Notes under the pieces: model-generated | What the model was told of the DNA's origin: nothing | Databases searched by the model: none | What the model saw: the letters and a program-made list of their open reading frames with translations, nothing else | Shown: positions 17,580 through 27,675 of the stretch, piece after piece | Layout of the letters: every line of letters starts with the position of its first letter | Numbering within the stretch: position 1 is the first letter of the stretch | Source: an uncultured Methanosarcinales archaeon | Lineage (GTDB): Archaea; Nanobdellota; Nanobdellia; Woesearchaeales; CAXGTL01 | NCBI GenBank assembly: GCA_964535955.1 | Contig: CAZHVK010000006.1 | Coordinates: 1-64,000, forward strand | DNA: 64,000 bases | Reading direction: 5' to 3' | Made by a program: the position numbers and the translations under genes

Positions 17580-18299
17580 ATGAAGCATATTTTAAAGAAA
17601 ATATGGCATTTTATATGGCATGAAGACGATATCTCTACTAGTAAAGGGTTTCTAAGTTTATTAGTTAATTTAGCACTTGCTTTTATCATAATAAAGTTCT
17701 TGTTTTATCCTGCAATAGGTATTGCTCTTAACACAGACTTCCCAATTGTGGCTGTATTATCAGAAAGTATGGAACATCAACAGATACATCCTTGTATAAA
17801 ATACGATATTTATGGTGAATGTATTGACAGAGATAAAACAAAGTATGAATTATGTGGTAATAAATATTCTGAAGCCACATACATAGATTTTGATGGCTTT
17901 TGGAAAGAATGTGGGCAATGGTATGAAGACAAAGAAATAACCAAACAAGAATTCATGAATTTCAATCAAAAAAATGGTTTTTCAAAAGGAGATATGTTTG
18001 TTATTTATGGTGCTAAATCAAAAAACATTGAACCAGGAGACATAATTGTATTTGAAGGTAAAAGAAAATATCCAATCATACACAGAGTTGTTAGAAAATA
18101 TGAAGAAGATGGTCAAGTGTATTATCATACAAAAGGAGACCATAATACAGAATCAATCAATGATGCAAACCTGAATGAGGTCAGGATCCCGCATGATGAA
18201 AACACTTTTAAAGGAAAAGCAATTCTATGGTTCCCATACCTAGGATATGTTAAAATAATACCAACTAACATTTATAAATTTATAATAGGAAATTCATAG
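17580..18299 (+). CDS. sec11: Signal peptidase I (Sec11 type)
   Basis: TM helix, then VLSESMEH, GDMFV, PIIHRVV and TKGDHN. Confidence 0.9.
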   Translation: MKHILKKIWHFIWHEDDISTSKGFLSLLVNLALAFIIIKFLFYPAIGIALNTDFPIVAVLSESMEHQQIHPCIKYDIYGECIDRDKTKYELCGNKYSEATYIDFDGFWKECGQWYEDKEITKQEFMNFNQKNGFSKGDMFVIYGAKSKNIEPGDIIVFEGKRKYPIIHRVVRKYEEDGQVYYHTKGDHNTESINDANLNEVRIPHDENTFKGKAILWFPYLGYVKIIPTNIYKFIIGNS

Positions 18300-18312
18300 G
18301 AGGCTGAAAAAA

Positions 18313-18636
18313 ATGTTATTTTGTCCAAAATGTGGTCATTTACTTGTACCAAAACAAAAAGATAATAAAAAGACAATGCAATGTAACAATTGTAATTTTT
18401 CAACAAAAGAAATTAAGAATGCAAAAATATCAGAAAAACTTAACAAAGATGAAAAACCAGCATTAGAAGTTATTGATAAAGAAGTTGAAATTGATCCTAT
18501 AACAAATGAAAAATGTCCAAAGTGTGGTCATGGTAAAGCATATTATGCAATGGTTCAGACAAGAGCAGCAGATGAACCAGAAACAAAGTTCTTCAAATGC
18601 GAAAAGTGTAAGCATAGATGGAGAGATTATGGTTGA
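18313..18636 (+). CDS. tfs: Transcription factor S (TFS/RpoM-like)
   Basis: Two Zn ribbons and QTRAADEP. Confidence 0.95.
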   Translation: MLFCPKCGHLLVPKQKDNKKTMQCNNCNFSTKEIKNAKISEKLNKDEKPALEVIDKEVEIDPITNEKCPKCGHGKAYYAMVQTRAADEPETKFFKCEKCKHRWRDYG

Positions 18637-18638
18637 GC

Positions 18639-18899
18639 ATGAAAATAAGTAAGAAAATAGACATAAAGAATCTATATGGAAAAAATTTCAAAATCATAGT
18701 CAAACCAAACTCAAGTTCAAATGAAATTCTAGGTTATGATGCATCCAAAAATGCATACAGAATCAATATCAAAGCTCCTACTGACAAAAACAAAGCAAAC
18801 AAAGAGATTGTTAAGTTTTTGTCAAAAAAGCTGGGTAAGAAAGTCAGGATTAAGTCTGGATTGACATCAAAAACAAAATTAATAGAAGTTATTGGTTAG
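18639..18899 (+). CDS. DUF167/YggU family protein
   Basis: VKPNS...APTDKNKANKE...SGLTSKTK. Confidence 0.85.
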   Translation: MKISKKIDIKNLYGKNFKIIVKPNSSSNEILGYDASKNAYRINIKAPTDKNKANKEIVKFLSKKLGKKVRIKSGLTSKTKLIEVIG

Positions 18900-19485
18900 C
18901 TTGCCTAACAAAACAATTCAACTTTTGATTACCTTTGTCAAGAATTCTGTCTAAAAAAGAATTAAAATCTTCACGCAACTCATCAACACCCTTATTCTCA
19001 TTAACTATCATAATATCTGACCTAGAAATAGCATCACCAAGTCCCCATCCAAACTCAGTCCTCTCTCTATGCTCAAATTCTTCAAAAGTCCTTGGATCAG
19101 ATGGTGAGCATCTTTTCAACATCCTATTAAACCTAACCCTTGGTGAAGAATGAACACCAATCAAAATAAAATCATCACCATATATTTTCTTATACAAATC
19201 AACCTCTTTCATACCTCTTACACCATCAACAGCAACAATATCTAGATTCCTATATCTTTCAATATGAGGCACACATTTTTTAGCAACAACATCATACCCA
19301 TAAACTTTCCTAAGATTAGTTGCATATTGTCTTAAAGTAACATTATCAATTGCTTCGCCTTTTTTTAACATCTCTGTTCTAACTACTCTGCTCATAACAA
19401 TAACAGGAATATTTCTTTTTTCAATTTCCTCTCTAAGAATCTTTTTACCAGAACAAGGCATTCCTGTTATAGAGATTATTTTCAT
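18889..19485 (-). CDS. Archaeal nucleotide-kinase-fold protein (UPF0200 / dephospho-CoA kinase-like)
   Basis: TGMPCSGK P-loop, DGVRG, RFNRM...RERTEFGWGLGDAI. Confidence 0.8.
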   Translation of the reverse strand: MKIISITGMPCSGKKILREEIEKRNIPVIVMSRVVRTEMLKKGEAIDNVTLRQYATNLRKVYGYDVVAKKCVPHIERYRNLDIVAVDGVRGMKEVDLYKKIYGDDFILIGVHSSPRVRFNRMLKRCSPSDPRTFEEFEHRERTEFGWGLGDAISRSDIMIVNENKGVDELREDFNSFLDRILDKGNQKLNCFVRQANQ

Positions 19486-19648
19486 TTTATTACCAAGAAA
19501 TCAGAGGTATTTAAATAGTTTTTCTTACACTTATTAAGGAGTGAAAACTCAAAAATAAATGTTTAATACTTATATACTTCCAAATACTCATTCCAAAATC
19601 ATTAAATATATAAATAACTTATAAAACAAAAAATTAAAGGTAGATAGA

Positions 19649-20953
19649 TTGATAAAAAAACTCTTTGAAGATTTTCCAAAAAACGAGAACACTTCTTTAT
19701 TTATGGTTTTTGAAGGCCTAGATGGAGCTGGAAAAGGTTCTTTTATGGGTATGATTCAGAAATTCATATTTCAGTATGTTAAAATATGTTCAGGATTATT
19801 AGCAACAAGAGAACCAACATATGGCGGCTTTGGTTATAAACAACGGGTCATGTTAGCAATAGACTCAGACCCCAATTCAAAAAAAGAAGAATGCATTTAT
19901 AATTATGTAAACGATCGAAAAGCTCATCAAAGAGAGATCAGAGCAATACTAAAACCAAGTGATTCAAATCCATTTGGCATTGTGATGTGTGATAGATACA
20001 TGTTTTCTACATTAGCATTTCAAGTTGCTCAGGAAGAACTAGCATATCTTAAAGAACATGATAAAGAGATACCATTTGAAGAAAAAATAGAGATATTTAA
20101 AAAACTAATAATTATACACCGAGATCAAGATCCTAAAAAAGATGTATTATTTCCAGACATAATATTTTTATTAGACCTTCCTGCAGAAGTTGCTGTAAAA
20201 AGAAGTGTAGGCGATAGTGCAAGACAATTTGGTGTTGAAAAATTTGAAACAGTGTTAATGCAGAATCTTGTAAGAAGAAATTATTTATATCTAGCATCTC
20301 AGTGTGACAATTGTGTTGTTCTTAACTCACACCTTACTCCAAGACAATTATTTGAAGATGCATTACAATTTGTAATATATTATCTTGACAAAAAATGTCC
20401 AAAAAACCTAAAATATTTATTAAAGAACATTGACAAAGCATTTTATAAAGAATCTTATCTTGACACAATCCAAAGAGCTAAGTTAGCATTTGAAACAAAA
20501 CAAGATTTTAATCTATTAAATGAAAATCAATACCTTGTTAATCAAGTTTCTATTGAGGTTCATTTTGAATCAAGAAATATATACGAAAAAAGAGACTTAT
20601 TTTTAAAAAATTTAAATAATGAATGGACAAGCTTAAATGGAAAGATAAATTATAATGAATTTGAAAAAGATGCTGTCAAAAGAATAATCAAAACAGATTT
20701 AGGTATTGATGTTGATAATAACCAAATAAGCATGGGTCATAAAGTATATAGGGTCAACAAAGAAATTAAATATGCACATTCATACCATCTTTACCTAAAA
20801 TCAAAAGACATATTTCTTAATAAACAAAAATATAAAGATTTTGGCTGGTTTACTGATATAGATCAGCCAAGAATAGCAGAATATGAAAAAACAACACAAT
20901 TAAAGATTAATGGGTTTTTAAAAGAATTAAGAAAAAGCGCAATAGATTTATAA
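19649..20953 (+). CDS. tmk: Thymidylate kinase fused to a C-terminal degenerate Nudix-like domain
   Basis: FEGLDGAGKG, REPT and DRYMFST motifs; C-terminal GKINYNE-x7-RIIKTDLGI. Start codon uncertain (TTG). Confidence 0.85.
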   Translation: MIKKLFEDFPKNENTSLFMVFEGLDGAGKGSFMGMIQKFIFQYVKICSGLLATREPTYGGFGYKQRVMLAIDSDPNSKKEECIYNYVNDRKAHQREIRAILKPSDSNPFGIVMCDRYMFSTLAFQVAQEELAYLKEHDKEIPFEEKIEIFKKLIIIHRDQDPKKDVLFPDIIFLLDLPAEVAVKRSVGDSARQFGVEKFETVLMQNLVRRNYLYLASQCDNCVVLNSHLTPRQLFEDALQFVIYYLDKKCPKNLKYLLKNIDKAFYKESYLDTIQRAKLAFETKQDFNLLNENQYLVNQVSIEVHFESRNIYEKRDLFLKNLNNEWTSLNGKINYNEFEKDAVKRIIKTDLGIDVDNNQISMGHKVYRVNKEIKYAHSYHLYLKSKDIFLNKQKYKDFGWFTDIDQPRIAEYEKTTQLKINGFLKELRKSAIDL

Positions 20954-21371
20954 AAACACAAATCATCCTTTAGTATCTTTATTATCTGCTGTATCTTCTT
21001 TAGAACTAGTTTCAAAATCAAAAAGTCTTTTACAACCACGTTGTGCATCATAACTTATTTTTTTTTCTTGAATCATTATCACCCTCTTTTTTCAGTTACA
21101 GGCTTTCCTGTAACTGCATTCACATCTTTTTTTATAATCACCAAAACTTTTTTTCCCCTAAGGAATGAATAAAAATAATAAAAAATCATAATTGTTAATT
21201 TTACATTTTTTGTAAATCACAATTAGTATATAAAGAATATCAATATTGAATATATATAATGCATTGAGACATTATTCTAAAGTGATTGTTAAGAATATTA
21301 TTCCTCAGTAGGTAATACTTTTTACTATTAAAAAAAAGAAAATAAAAAAATAGAATAAAAACATAAAGAAT

Positions 21372-21716
21372 TTATTCAGCTGGTGCTTCTTCTGCTGGTG
21401 CTTCTTCTTTTTTCTCTTCTTCTTTCTTTTCTTCTTCAGCTGGTGCTTCTTCTTCTTTTTCTTCTTCAACTGGTGCTTCTTCTTTCTTTTATTCTTAATC
21501 TGTTTCTTCTTATTATTGTGCTGAATATTNNNNNNNNNNAATAACTTAATAATTATTTATTTTATAAAAAAGATAATAATAAATATTTTCAAATTCATTT
21601 TTTAATTCTTCTTTATTTTCTTCTTCAGCTGGTGCTTCTGCTTCTGGTGCAGCCTCTTCTTTCTTTTCTTCTTCAACTGGTGCTGCAGGTTGTTCTTCTG
21701 GTTGTTCTCCTTCCAT
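21372..21716 (-). CDS. Acidic low-complexity (E/A/P/K-rich) small protein, broken by the assembly gap
   Basis: GGAGG RBS plus ATG at 21716 (MEGEQPEEQPAAPVEEEKKEEAAPEAEAPAEE). Matching EAPAEE repeats end in TAA at 21372 on the other side of the N-run. Confidence 0.5.
21530..21539. other. Assembly gap (N run); flanks look low-quality
   Basis: Ten N bases. Confidence 0.99.
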
Positions 21717-21832
21717 ATATATCATTCCTCCATTATCTTAAACAATAATATACTTGAATAAACAAGAAATTATTTGCTTAATATATAAGAATTAATGAAT
21801 CATATAAAAAAGTTACTGTTATTATTAGTAAA

Positions 21833-22333
21833 TTATTTCTTTTGCTGTATTAAACTACCAACAGTATGTTCCTTAATCTTGCCATTAGAAGCATCTAATT
21901 TTATGTTAATTGTCTTAAATGATTTTGTAATAAGTGTAACATTCCAAACATTGCCAACTTTAGGCAGTTTTTGTATTATTATGATTGTTTTTATTGAATT
22001 CTCAGCAGGATATTCCTTTTTCTGATATTTGTCTACCAAATCCAGTGCTTGTTCAACATTTAATTTTACATTTTTAACATCTATTGGTAAAACCTTAGCC
22101 CCTTTTTTCTTTAAAACCTTATCTTCTCTAGAATCAACAAACTTACCTTGATGCATTGCAAATGTTGTTATTGTATCTTTTTTATTATCATAATAACCTA
22201 ATTGCCAGTCTGATGGCATTTTAGGATCAATTGCTAGAAATCCATAACTTAGGAAACAATTCTTATTCTTTTTTTTCCAATCCTTGAATTTTTTATTTTT
22301 TTCAAGTGTTTGTAATGCATTATGAAAGTACAT
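21833..22333 (-). CDS. Hypothetical protein with a PepSY-like C-terminus
   Basis: VWNVTLI...INIKLDASNGKI pattern. Confidence 0.65.
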   Translation of the reverse strand: MYFHNALQTLEKNKKFKDWKKKNKNCFLSYGFLAIDPKMPSDWQLGYYDNKKDTITTFAMHQGKFVDSREDKVLKKKGAKVLPIDVKNVKLNVEQALDLVDKYQKKEYPAENSIKTIIIIQKLPKVGNVWNVTLITKSFKTINIKLDASNGKIKEHTVGSLIQQKK

Positions 22334-22386
22334 GGTAAGAATAAAAAAGAACCAATATATAAATTTATGCAATATAAATAAATACC

Positions 22387-23667
22387 TTACTTAAAATCAC
22401 AAGAATCAACACACTTGTCGCAATTATAAAATACTTTATCATCTAGTTTGTATCTTTTCTGTATCTGGTCTTTTAATGAATTTGCTAGTTTTTGTATTGC
22501 TGGTTTTGCTCTTTTGCAAACCCTTTGTCCTAAAAAGTTGAACATTGACCAAAAATCACAATTTATATTGCCATGTGCAATCACTGAATGAGGTAAAACA
22601 CCTGCTGCAACTGATTTTGGTATATTTTCCACTAAATTATTATATAAGGTTTCGAGATTTTTGTTATTTTGTAGATATTCTTTGTGCAGGCCTTTGTCTT
22701 TCCATTCCCTATGATTAAAATAACTAAATCCTTTTTTCATTGTGATAGGAAGAAGGTTTTTTTGTAATGATCTGTGTCTCAATAGTTCATGCAGTACTGA
22801 TAGATCGCATGAGAAATCTAATCTTAAGCTTGTTCTTGAATAAAGTATACCTGCAAACAATGGGTCATCTAATCTTTGTGAAATAAAGTCTGTCTTTTCA
22901 CTCTTAAAAGGATTAGATATATTGATCACCTGTGTATTGTTCTGACTTTTTACTATATTAAAGAATTTTTCATACACATTTGGTTCTTCATCTGATACAA
23001 CAACTAGACATGGGGAATAGTTTGTAAGATCATTTACTGGTTCTTGTTGTTCAAGCCATGTTTTGAAATTAAAATCAAGCCCTTGTTCTAATCTTGTGTG
23101 TAGTTCTAGTTTTTCCATGCACCACTCATACATCTCTTTTATAATTTTTGGGTAAACAAGTTTGAGATGGTATAATTCCTTGAGTTTTATGTTAAAACTA
23201 TCTCCTGTTAATGTGTATAATGGCAAGCAGTACATTGCATCTTGCATTGCCATGCCTTTGTTGATTGCTTTTTTGTATAATTCAAATGATTTTATGAACT
23301 CTTGTTCAATTTCTTTTATAATATCTGGGTGGTTATGCAAAGCTTGTGGAAAATAATAATCATCATGTTCAACAGATCTGGTTGATTCTTGCAACATTGA
23401 AATATAAGATGAACTAGCCAACATAAGTGTCCATAATCTTGGTATATATGATCTGCAAGAAAAAGTAATGAATTCTAGTGGATGCAGGTGACCTTTTGCT
23501 ATACTTTTGTTTAATGTTCTTTTATCTTTTTTTCTAAAGATCTCATCTTTTGGTGTTCTAAATTCTGGATGTTTTCTACAACCTCTGATCTTTTCAGCCA
23601 TTTCTTTAAGACTTCCTTGAATCTTTACTTCTAGTATCGCCTCTTTTCGTGCCATTGCATGAACCAT
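22387..23667 (-). CDS. thyX: FAD-dependent thymidylate synthase, tandem two-domain form
   Basis: N-domain HLHPLEF...QESTR; C-domain ELLRHRS...AAGVLP...FLGQR. Located in the dTTP cluster. Confidence 0.75.
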   Translation of the reverse strand: MVHAMARKEAILEVKIQGSLKEMAEKIRGCRKHPEFRTPKDEIFRKKDKRTLNKSIAKGHLHPLEFITFSCRSYIPRLWTLMLASSSYISMLQESTRSVEHDDYYFPQALHNHPDIIKEIEQEFIKSFELYKKAINKGMAMQDAMYCLPLYTLTGDSFNIKLKELYHLKLVYPKIIKEMYEWCMEKLELHTRLEQGLDFNFKTWLEQQEPVNDLTNYSPCLVVVSDEEPNVYEKFFNIVKSQNNTQVINISNPFKSEKTDFISQRLDDPLFAGILYSRTSLRLDFSCDLSVLHELLRHRSLQKNLLPITMKKGFSYFNHREWKDKGLHKEYLQNNKNLETLYNNLVENIPKSVAAGVLPHSVIAHGNINCDFWSMFNFLGQRVCKRAKPAIQKLANSLKDQIQKRYKLDDKVFYNCDKCVDSCDFK

Positions 23668-23778
23668 GAATTATAACCTATTTAAATACATTTGTGTATT
23701 GTAATGTATAATTGGTTAAATGTTTCTAATAATAATAATAATAAGGATCAGAACTTATATGTTATGTATGTGTCATGC

Positions 23779-24201
23779 TTAATGCATACCAGAACTACCA
23801 AATCCACCTTCACCACGATCACTTTTCTCAAGATCAGAAACTTGTTCAAGCACAGCTGTGATATGTGGCTGGATTATCATTTGAGCAATCCTCATGTTCT
23901 TTTCAATCTGAAAATCATCTTTACCTAGATTCTTTAGAACTACACATACTTCACCACGATAACCAGAATCAATAACACCTGCTAATGCATGAATCTCATT
24001 TTTTGCAGCTAGGCCGCTTCTGTCCCAGATCAAGCCAACATAACCAAGTGGTATAGCCATCTTAATCCCTGTTTTGACTAATTGTTTTTCACCTGCTTTG
24101 AGTAATACATTTTCGCATGCTCTTAGATCAAATGCAGCATCACCTTGTTTTGCATAACTTGGTGTTTGAACATCTGATATTTTTTGTATTTGGACTTTCA
24201 T
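23779..24201 (-). CDS. dut: dUTP diphosphatase (trimeric dUTPase)
   Basis: AAFDL, DRSGLA, GVIDSGYRGE, RIAQ, RGEGGFGSSG. Confidence 0.96.
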   Translation of the reverse strand: MKVQIQKISDVQTPSYAKQGDAAFDLRACENVLLKAGEKQLVKTGIKMAIPLGYVGLIWDRSGLAAKNEIHALAGVIDSGYRGEVCVVLKNLGKDDFQIEKNMRIAQMIIQPHITAVLEQVSDLEKSDRGEGGFGSSGMH

Positions 24202-24295
24202 TTTGTATGAGAAAACTATTAACATTATATAAAGTTTTATTATAATCATGCAGTACTCAACAAACTATATAAATAAGTTCCATCTTCCAAAAATC

Positions 24296-24763
24296 ATGCG
24301 GCCAAAAAAAGACGAATATTACCTTTCTTTAGCTTATGAAGTTTCAAAGCGAGGTACTTGTAAAAAAACTTGTTATGGAGCAATAATTGTAAAAGATGAT
24401 CAGATAGTCAGTACTGGTTATTGCGGTGCTCCAAGGGGTGCTCCTAATTGTTATGATCTAGAAGATTGTCCAAGAGTATTGCAAAAGATACCAAGCGGTG
24501 AAAGATATGAATTATGCAAAAGTGTGCATGCTGAGATGAATGCTATTGTTAATGCAGCAAGAGCTGGTGTTTCTGTTCTTGGTGGAACAATGTATTTAGC
24601 AGGAAGAAAACATAGTACTGAAAAAAAATCACCAAATCCTTGCAGAATGTGCAAAAGAGCAATAATCAATGCAGGAATTGTAAAGGTTATTTATAATGGT
24701 AGTAATGATGAGATTAGGATGATTGATATTAATGAATGGCTTAGTAATCCTAAGGAATTATAA
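24296..24763 (+). CDS. dCMP deaminase family protein
   Basis: TGYCGAPRG, VHAEMNA, PCRMC. Confidence 0.9.
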   Translation: MRPKKDEYYLSLAYEVSKRGTCKKTCYGAIIVKDDQIVSTGYCGAPRGAPNCYDLEDCPRVLQKIPSGERYELCKSVHAEMNAIVNAARAGVSVLGGTMYLAGRKHSTEKKSPNPCRMCKRAIINAGIVKVIYNGSNDEIRMIDINEWLSNPKEL

Positions 24764-24779
24764 TAAAAAAGGTTAAAAA

Positions 24780-26999
24780 ATGGGTGAAAAAAGGGTTAAT
24801 CAAGTAAGAAAAAGAGATGGTTCTATTGTTTTGTTTAATAAAGATAAGATTACAGAAGCTATTTTTAAAGCTGCTAAGTCTGTTGGTGGTGAAGATAGAA
24901 CAGTTGCTGAGAAATTGTCAGACCAAGTAGTTGCAATGCTTAATAAACAATTTGGTGACATAACAATACCTACTGTTGAGCAGGTTTCTGATATTGTAGA
25001 ACGTGTTCTTATAAAGAATCAGTTTGTAGATACTTCAAAATCATTTATTCTTTACAGATACAGACACAAAGAGATTAGAAATGTTAAAGAATCTGTTGCA
25101 TCATCTGTCACAATTATTGATAATTATGTTAGTCAAGCAGACTGGCGTGTAAAAGAAAATTCAAATATGGCATATTCATTGCAAGGCCTGAATAATCATG
25201 TTACATCAACATTAGTTGCAAAGTATTGGCTAGATAAATTATATCCCAGTGATATAAGCAGTGCTCATAAAAATGGTGAAATCCATATCCATGATCTAGG
25301 AACATTAGGCCCATATTGTGTTGGCTGGGATATAAAAGATATAATAATGACAGGCTTTGGTGGTGTTATTGGAAAAACAGAATCAAAACCTGCAAAACAT
25401 TTGAAAACAGCATTAGGCCAGATTGTTAATTTTTTCTATACACTTCAGGGTGAAGCAGCAGGTGCAATGGCATTATCAAATTTTGATACTTATCTTTGTC
25501 CATTTATCAGGTTTGATAAGATGGATTATAAAAGAGTTAAGCAAGCATTGCAAGAGTTTTTGTTTAATATGAATGTTCCTACAAGGGTTGGGTTTCAGAC
25601 ACCTTTTACAAATATTACAATGGATCTAAAAATACCAGAATTTGTAAAACATGAACCAGTGATCATAGGCGGAAAAATCATGACAGAAACATATGGTGGT
25701 TTTCAAAAAGAGATGGACATGTTTAATAAAGCATTTGCAGAAGTTATGATGGAAGGTGATGCAAAGGGTCGTGTTTTTACATTTCCAATACCAACATATA
25801 ATATTACAAAAGATTTTGATTGGGATAATCCTGAGCATAACATGATCTGGGAAATGACTGCAAAATATGGTATTCCTTATTTTTCTAATTTTATTAATTC
25901 TGATATGAAGCCAGATGATGTAAGAAGTATGTGTTGTCGTCTGCGTTTAGAGAATAAACAATTAGAAAAAAGAGGAGGAGGATTGTTTGGTTCTAATCCT
26001 TTAACTGGAAGTTTGGGAGTAGTAACCATTAACTTATCAAGGATTGGTTATCTAGCAAAAGATGAGCAAGATTATTTTGAAAGATTAGAAAGATTCATGG
26101 ATTTAGCAAAAAAAAGTCTTGAATTAAAAAGAAAATCATTAGAAAGGTTTACACAGGGTGGTCTTTATCCTTATTCAAAGTTTTATCTAAGACATTTACA
26201 TAAAAGAGATAAAAAGTATTGGAAAAATCATTTTTCTACAATAGGGGTCATTGCTATGAATGAATCCTTGCTAAATTTTTTAGGATGCGATATTGCATCT
26301 GAAAAAGGAAGAAACTTTGCATTAAAAGCAATGGACTTTATAAGAAAAAAGCTTTCAGAATATCAAGAAGAGACTGGTAATATGTATAATTTAGAAGCAA
26401 CACCTGCAGAAGGTGCCAGTTATAGATTTTCTAAAAAAGATAAAAACCTTTATCCTCACATAATTGTCGGAAATGAAGAAGAATATCAGAATAAGGGTGC
26501 TGCACCTTATTATACTAATTCAACTCAACTTCCTATTGGTTATACAAATGACATATTTGAAGCATTAGAATTACAAGATGAGATCCAGTGCAAGTACACA
26601 GGCGGTACTGTTTTGCATGGATTTATAGGTGAAAGATTGACTACTCCTGAAAGTGCAAAGATGTTGGTTAAAAAAATAGCAGAAAACTTTAGTTTGCCAT
26701 ATTATACATTAACACCTACATTTAGTATTTGCCCAAAACATGGTTATCTTAATGGTGAACATACTTATTGTCCTAAATGTGATGCTCTTATTGATAATCT
26801 GCAGGAGAATCTTAAGAAAAGAACTCGGTGCGAAATCTATAGTCGGGTTGTTGGTTACCTGCGGCCTGTACAACAATGGAATACAGGCAAAAGAGCTGAG
26901 TTTTTTGACAGAAAAACATTTGATGAAAATGTTTCATTATCACGTCCTGTAGAAAAGGTTAAGATGCAAAATGGCAATCAAAGGCTTCCAGCCTACTAG
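24780..26999 (+). CDS. nrdD: Anaerobic (class III) ribonucleoside-triphosphate reductase with ATP-cone
   Basis: VRKRDG ATP-cone, HIHDL, SMCCRL, EATPAEG and the glycyl-radical motif YSRVVGYLRP. Confidence 0.96.
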   Translation: MGEKRVNQVRKRDGSIVLFNKDKITEAIFKAAKSVGGEDRTVAEKLSDQVVAMLNKQFGDITIPTVEQVSDIVERVLIKNQFVDTSKSFILYRYRHKEIRNVKESVASSVTIIDNYVSQADWRVKENSNMAYSLQGLNNHVTSTLVAKYWLDKLYPSDISSAHKNGEIHIHDLGTLGPYCVGWDIKDIIMTGFGGVIGKTESKPAKHLKTALGQIVNFFYTLQGEAAGAMALSNFDTYLCPFIRFDKMDYKRVKQALQEFLFNMNVPTRVGFQTPFTNITMDLKIPEFVKHEPVIIGGKIMTETYGGFQKEMDMFNKAFAEVMMEGDAKGRVFTFPIPTYNITKDFDWDNPEHNMIWEMTAKYGIPYFSNFINSDMKPDDVRSMCCRLRLENKQLEKRGGGLFGSNPLTGSLGVVTINLSRIGYLAKDEQDYFERLERFMDLAKKSLELKRKSLERFTQGGLYPYSKFYLRHLHKRDKKYWKNHFSTIGVIAMNESLLNFLGCDIASEKGRNFALKAMDFIRKKLSEYQEETGNMYNLEATPAEGASYRFSKKDKNLYPHIIVGNEEEYQNKGAAPYYTNSTQLPIGYTNDIFEALELQDEIQCKYTGGTVLHGFIGERLTTPESAKMLVKKIAENFSLPYYTLTPTFSICPKHGYLNGEHTYCPKCDALIDNLQENLKKRTRCEIYSRVVGYLRPVQQWNTGKRAEFFDRKTFDENVSLSRPVEKVKMQNGNQRLPAY

Positions 27000-27675
27000 T
27001 ATGATTGATTATCCTGGAAAGGTTTGTTCTGTTATTTTTGTTTCTGGTTGTAATTTTAGGTGTGGTTATTGTCATAATAAAGATTTGGTTTTAGATTCTG
27101 AAAACCTATCTGAAATATCTGAACAGGAAATTCTAAATCATCTAGAGAAAAGGAAACATTTAGTTGATGGAGTTGTGATAACTGGTGGAGAACCAACACT
27201 TTACCCTAAATTAAAACAATTAATTAAAAAAATAAAACAATTAAACCTATTTCTAAAGATTGACACAAATGGATCAAACCCAGAATTATTAAAACAATTA
27301 ATAGATCAAAGCCTAATAGATTACATTGCAATGGATGTGAAAGCACCATTAGAAAAAGAAAAATACAACAAAATCACAAACACAGACACAAATATGGAAA
27401 ACATAAAAGAAAGCATAGAAATAATAAAACAAACAAAAAACACCAACATAGACCACGAGTTCAGAACAACAGTTGTTCCAAGTTTGTTATCTAAAGAAGA
27501 AATAATTGAGATCGCAAAAACATTAGTTGGTGGAAAAAAGTTCATAATACAAAGATTTGAAAAAAGAACTCAATTATTAGACAAAAACTTCAACAATGAA
27601 AAGGCTTATTCTGATGTGGAGTTGGAAGAGATTAAGAAGGGATGTGAGGAGTTTGTTGAATGTGATGTTCGTTAA
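26971..27675 (+). CDS. nrdG: Anaerobic RNR activating radical-SAM enzyme
   Basis: CNFRCGYC, TGGEPT, DTNG; overlaps nrdD. Confidence 0.93.
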   Translation: MAIKGFQPTSMIDYPGKVCSVIFVSGCNFRCGYCHNKDLVLDSENLSEISEQEILNHLEKRKHLVDGVVITGGEPTLYPKLKQLIKKIKQLNLFLKIDTNGSNPELLKQLIDQSLIDYIAMDVKAPLEKEKYNKITNTDTNMENIKESIEIIKQTKNTNIDHEFRTTVVPSLLSKEEIIEIAKTLVGGKKFIIQRFEKRTQLLDKNFNNEKAYSDVELEEIKKGCEEFVECDVR

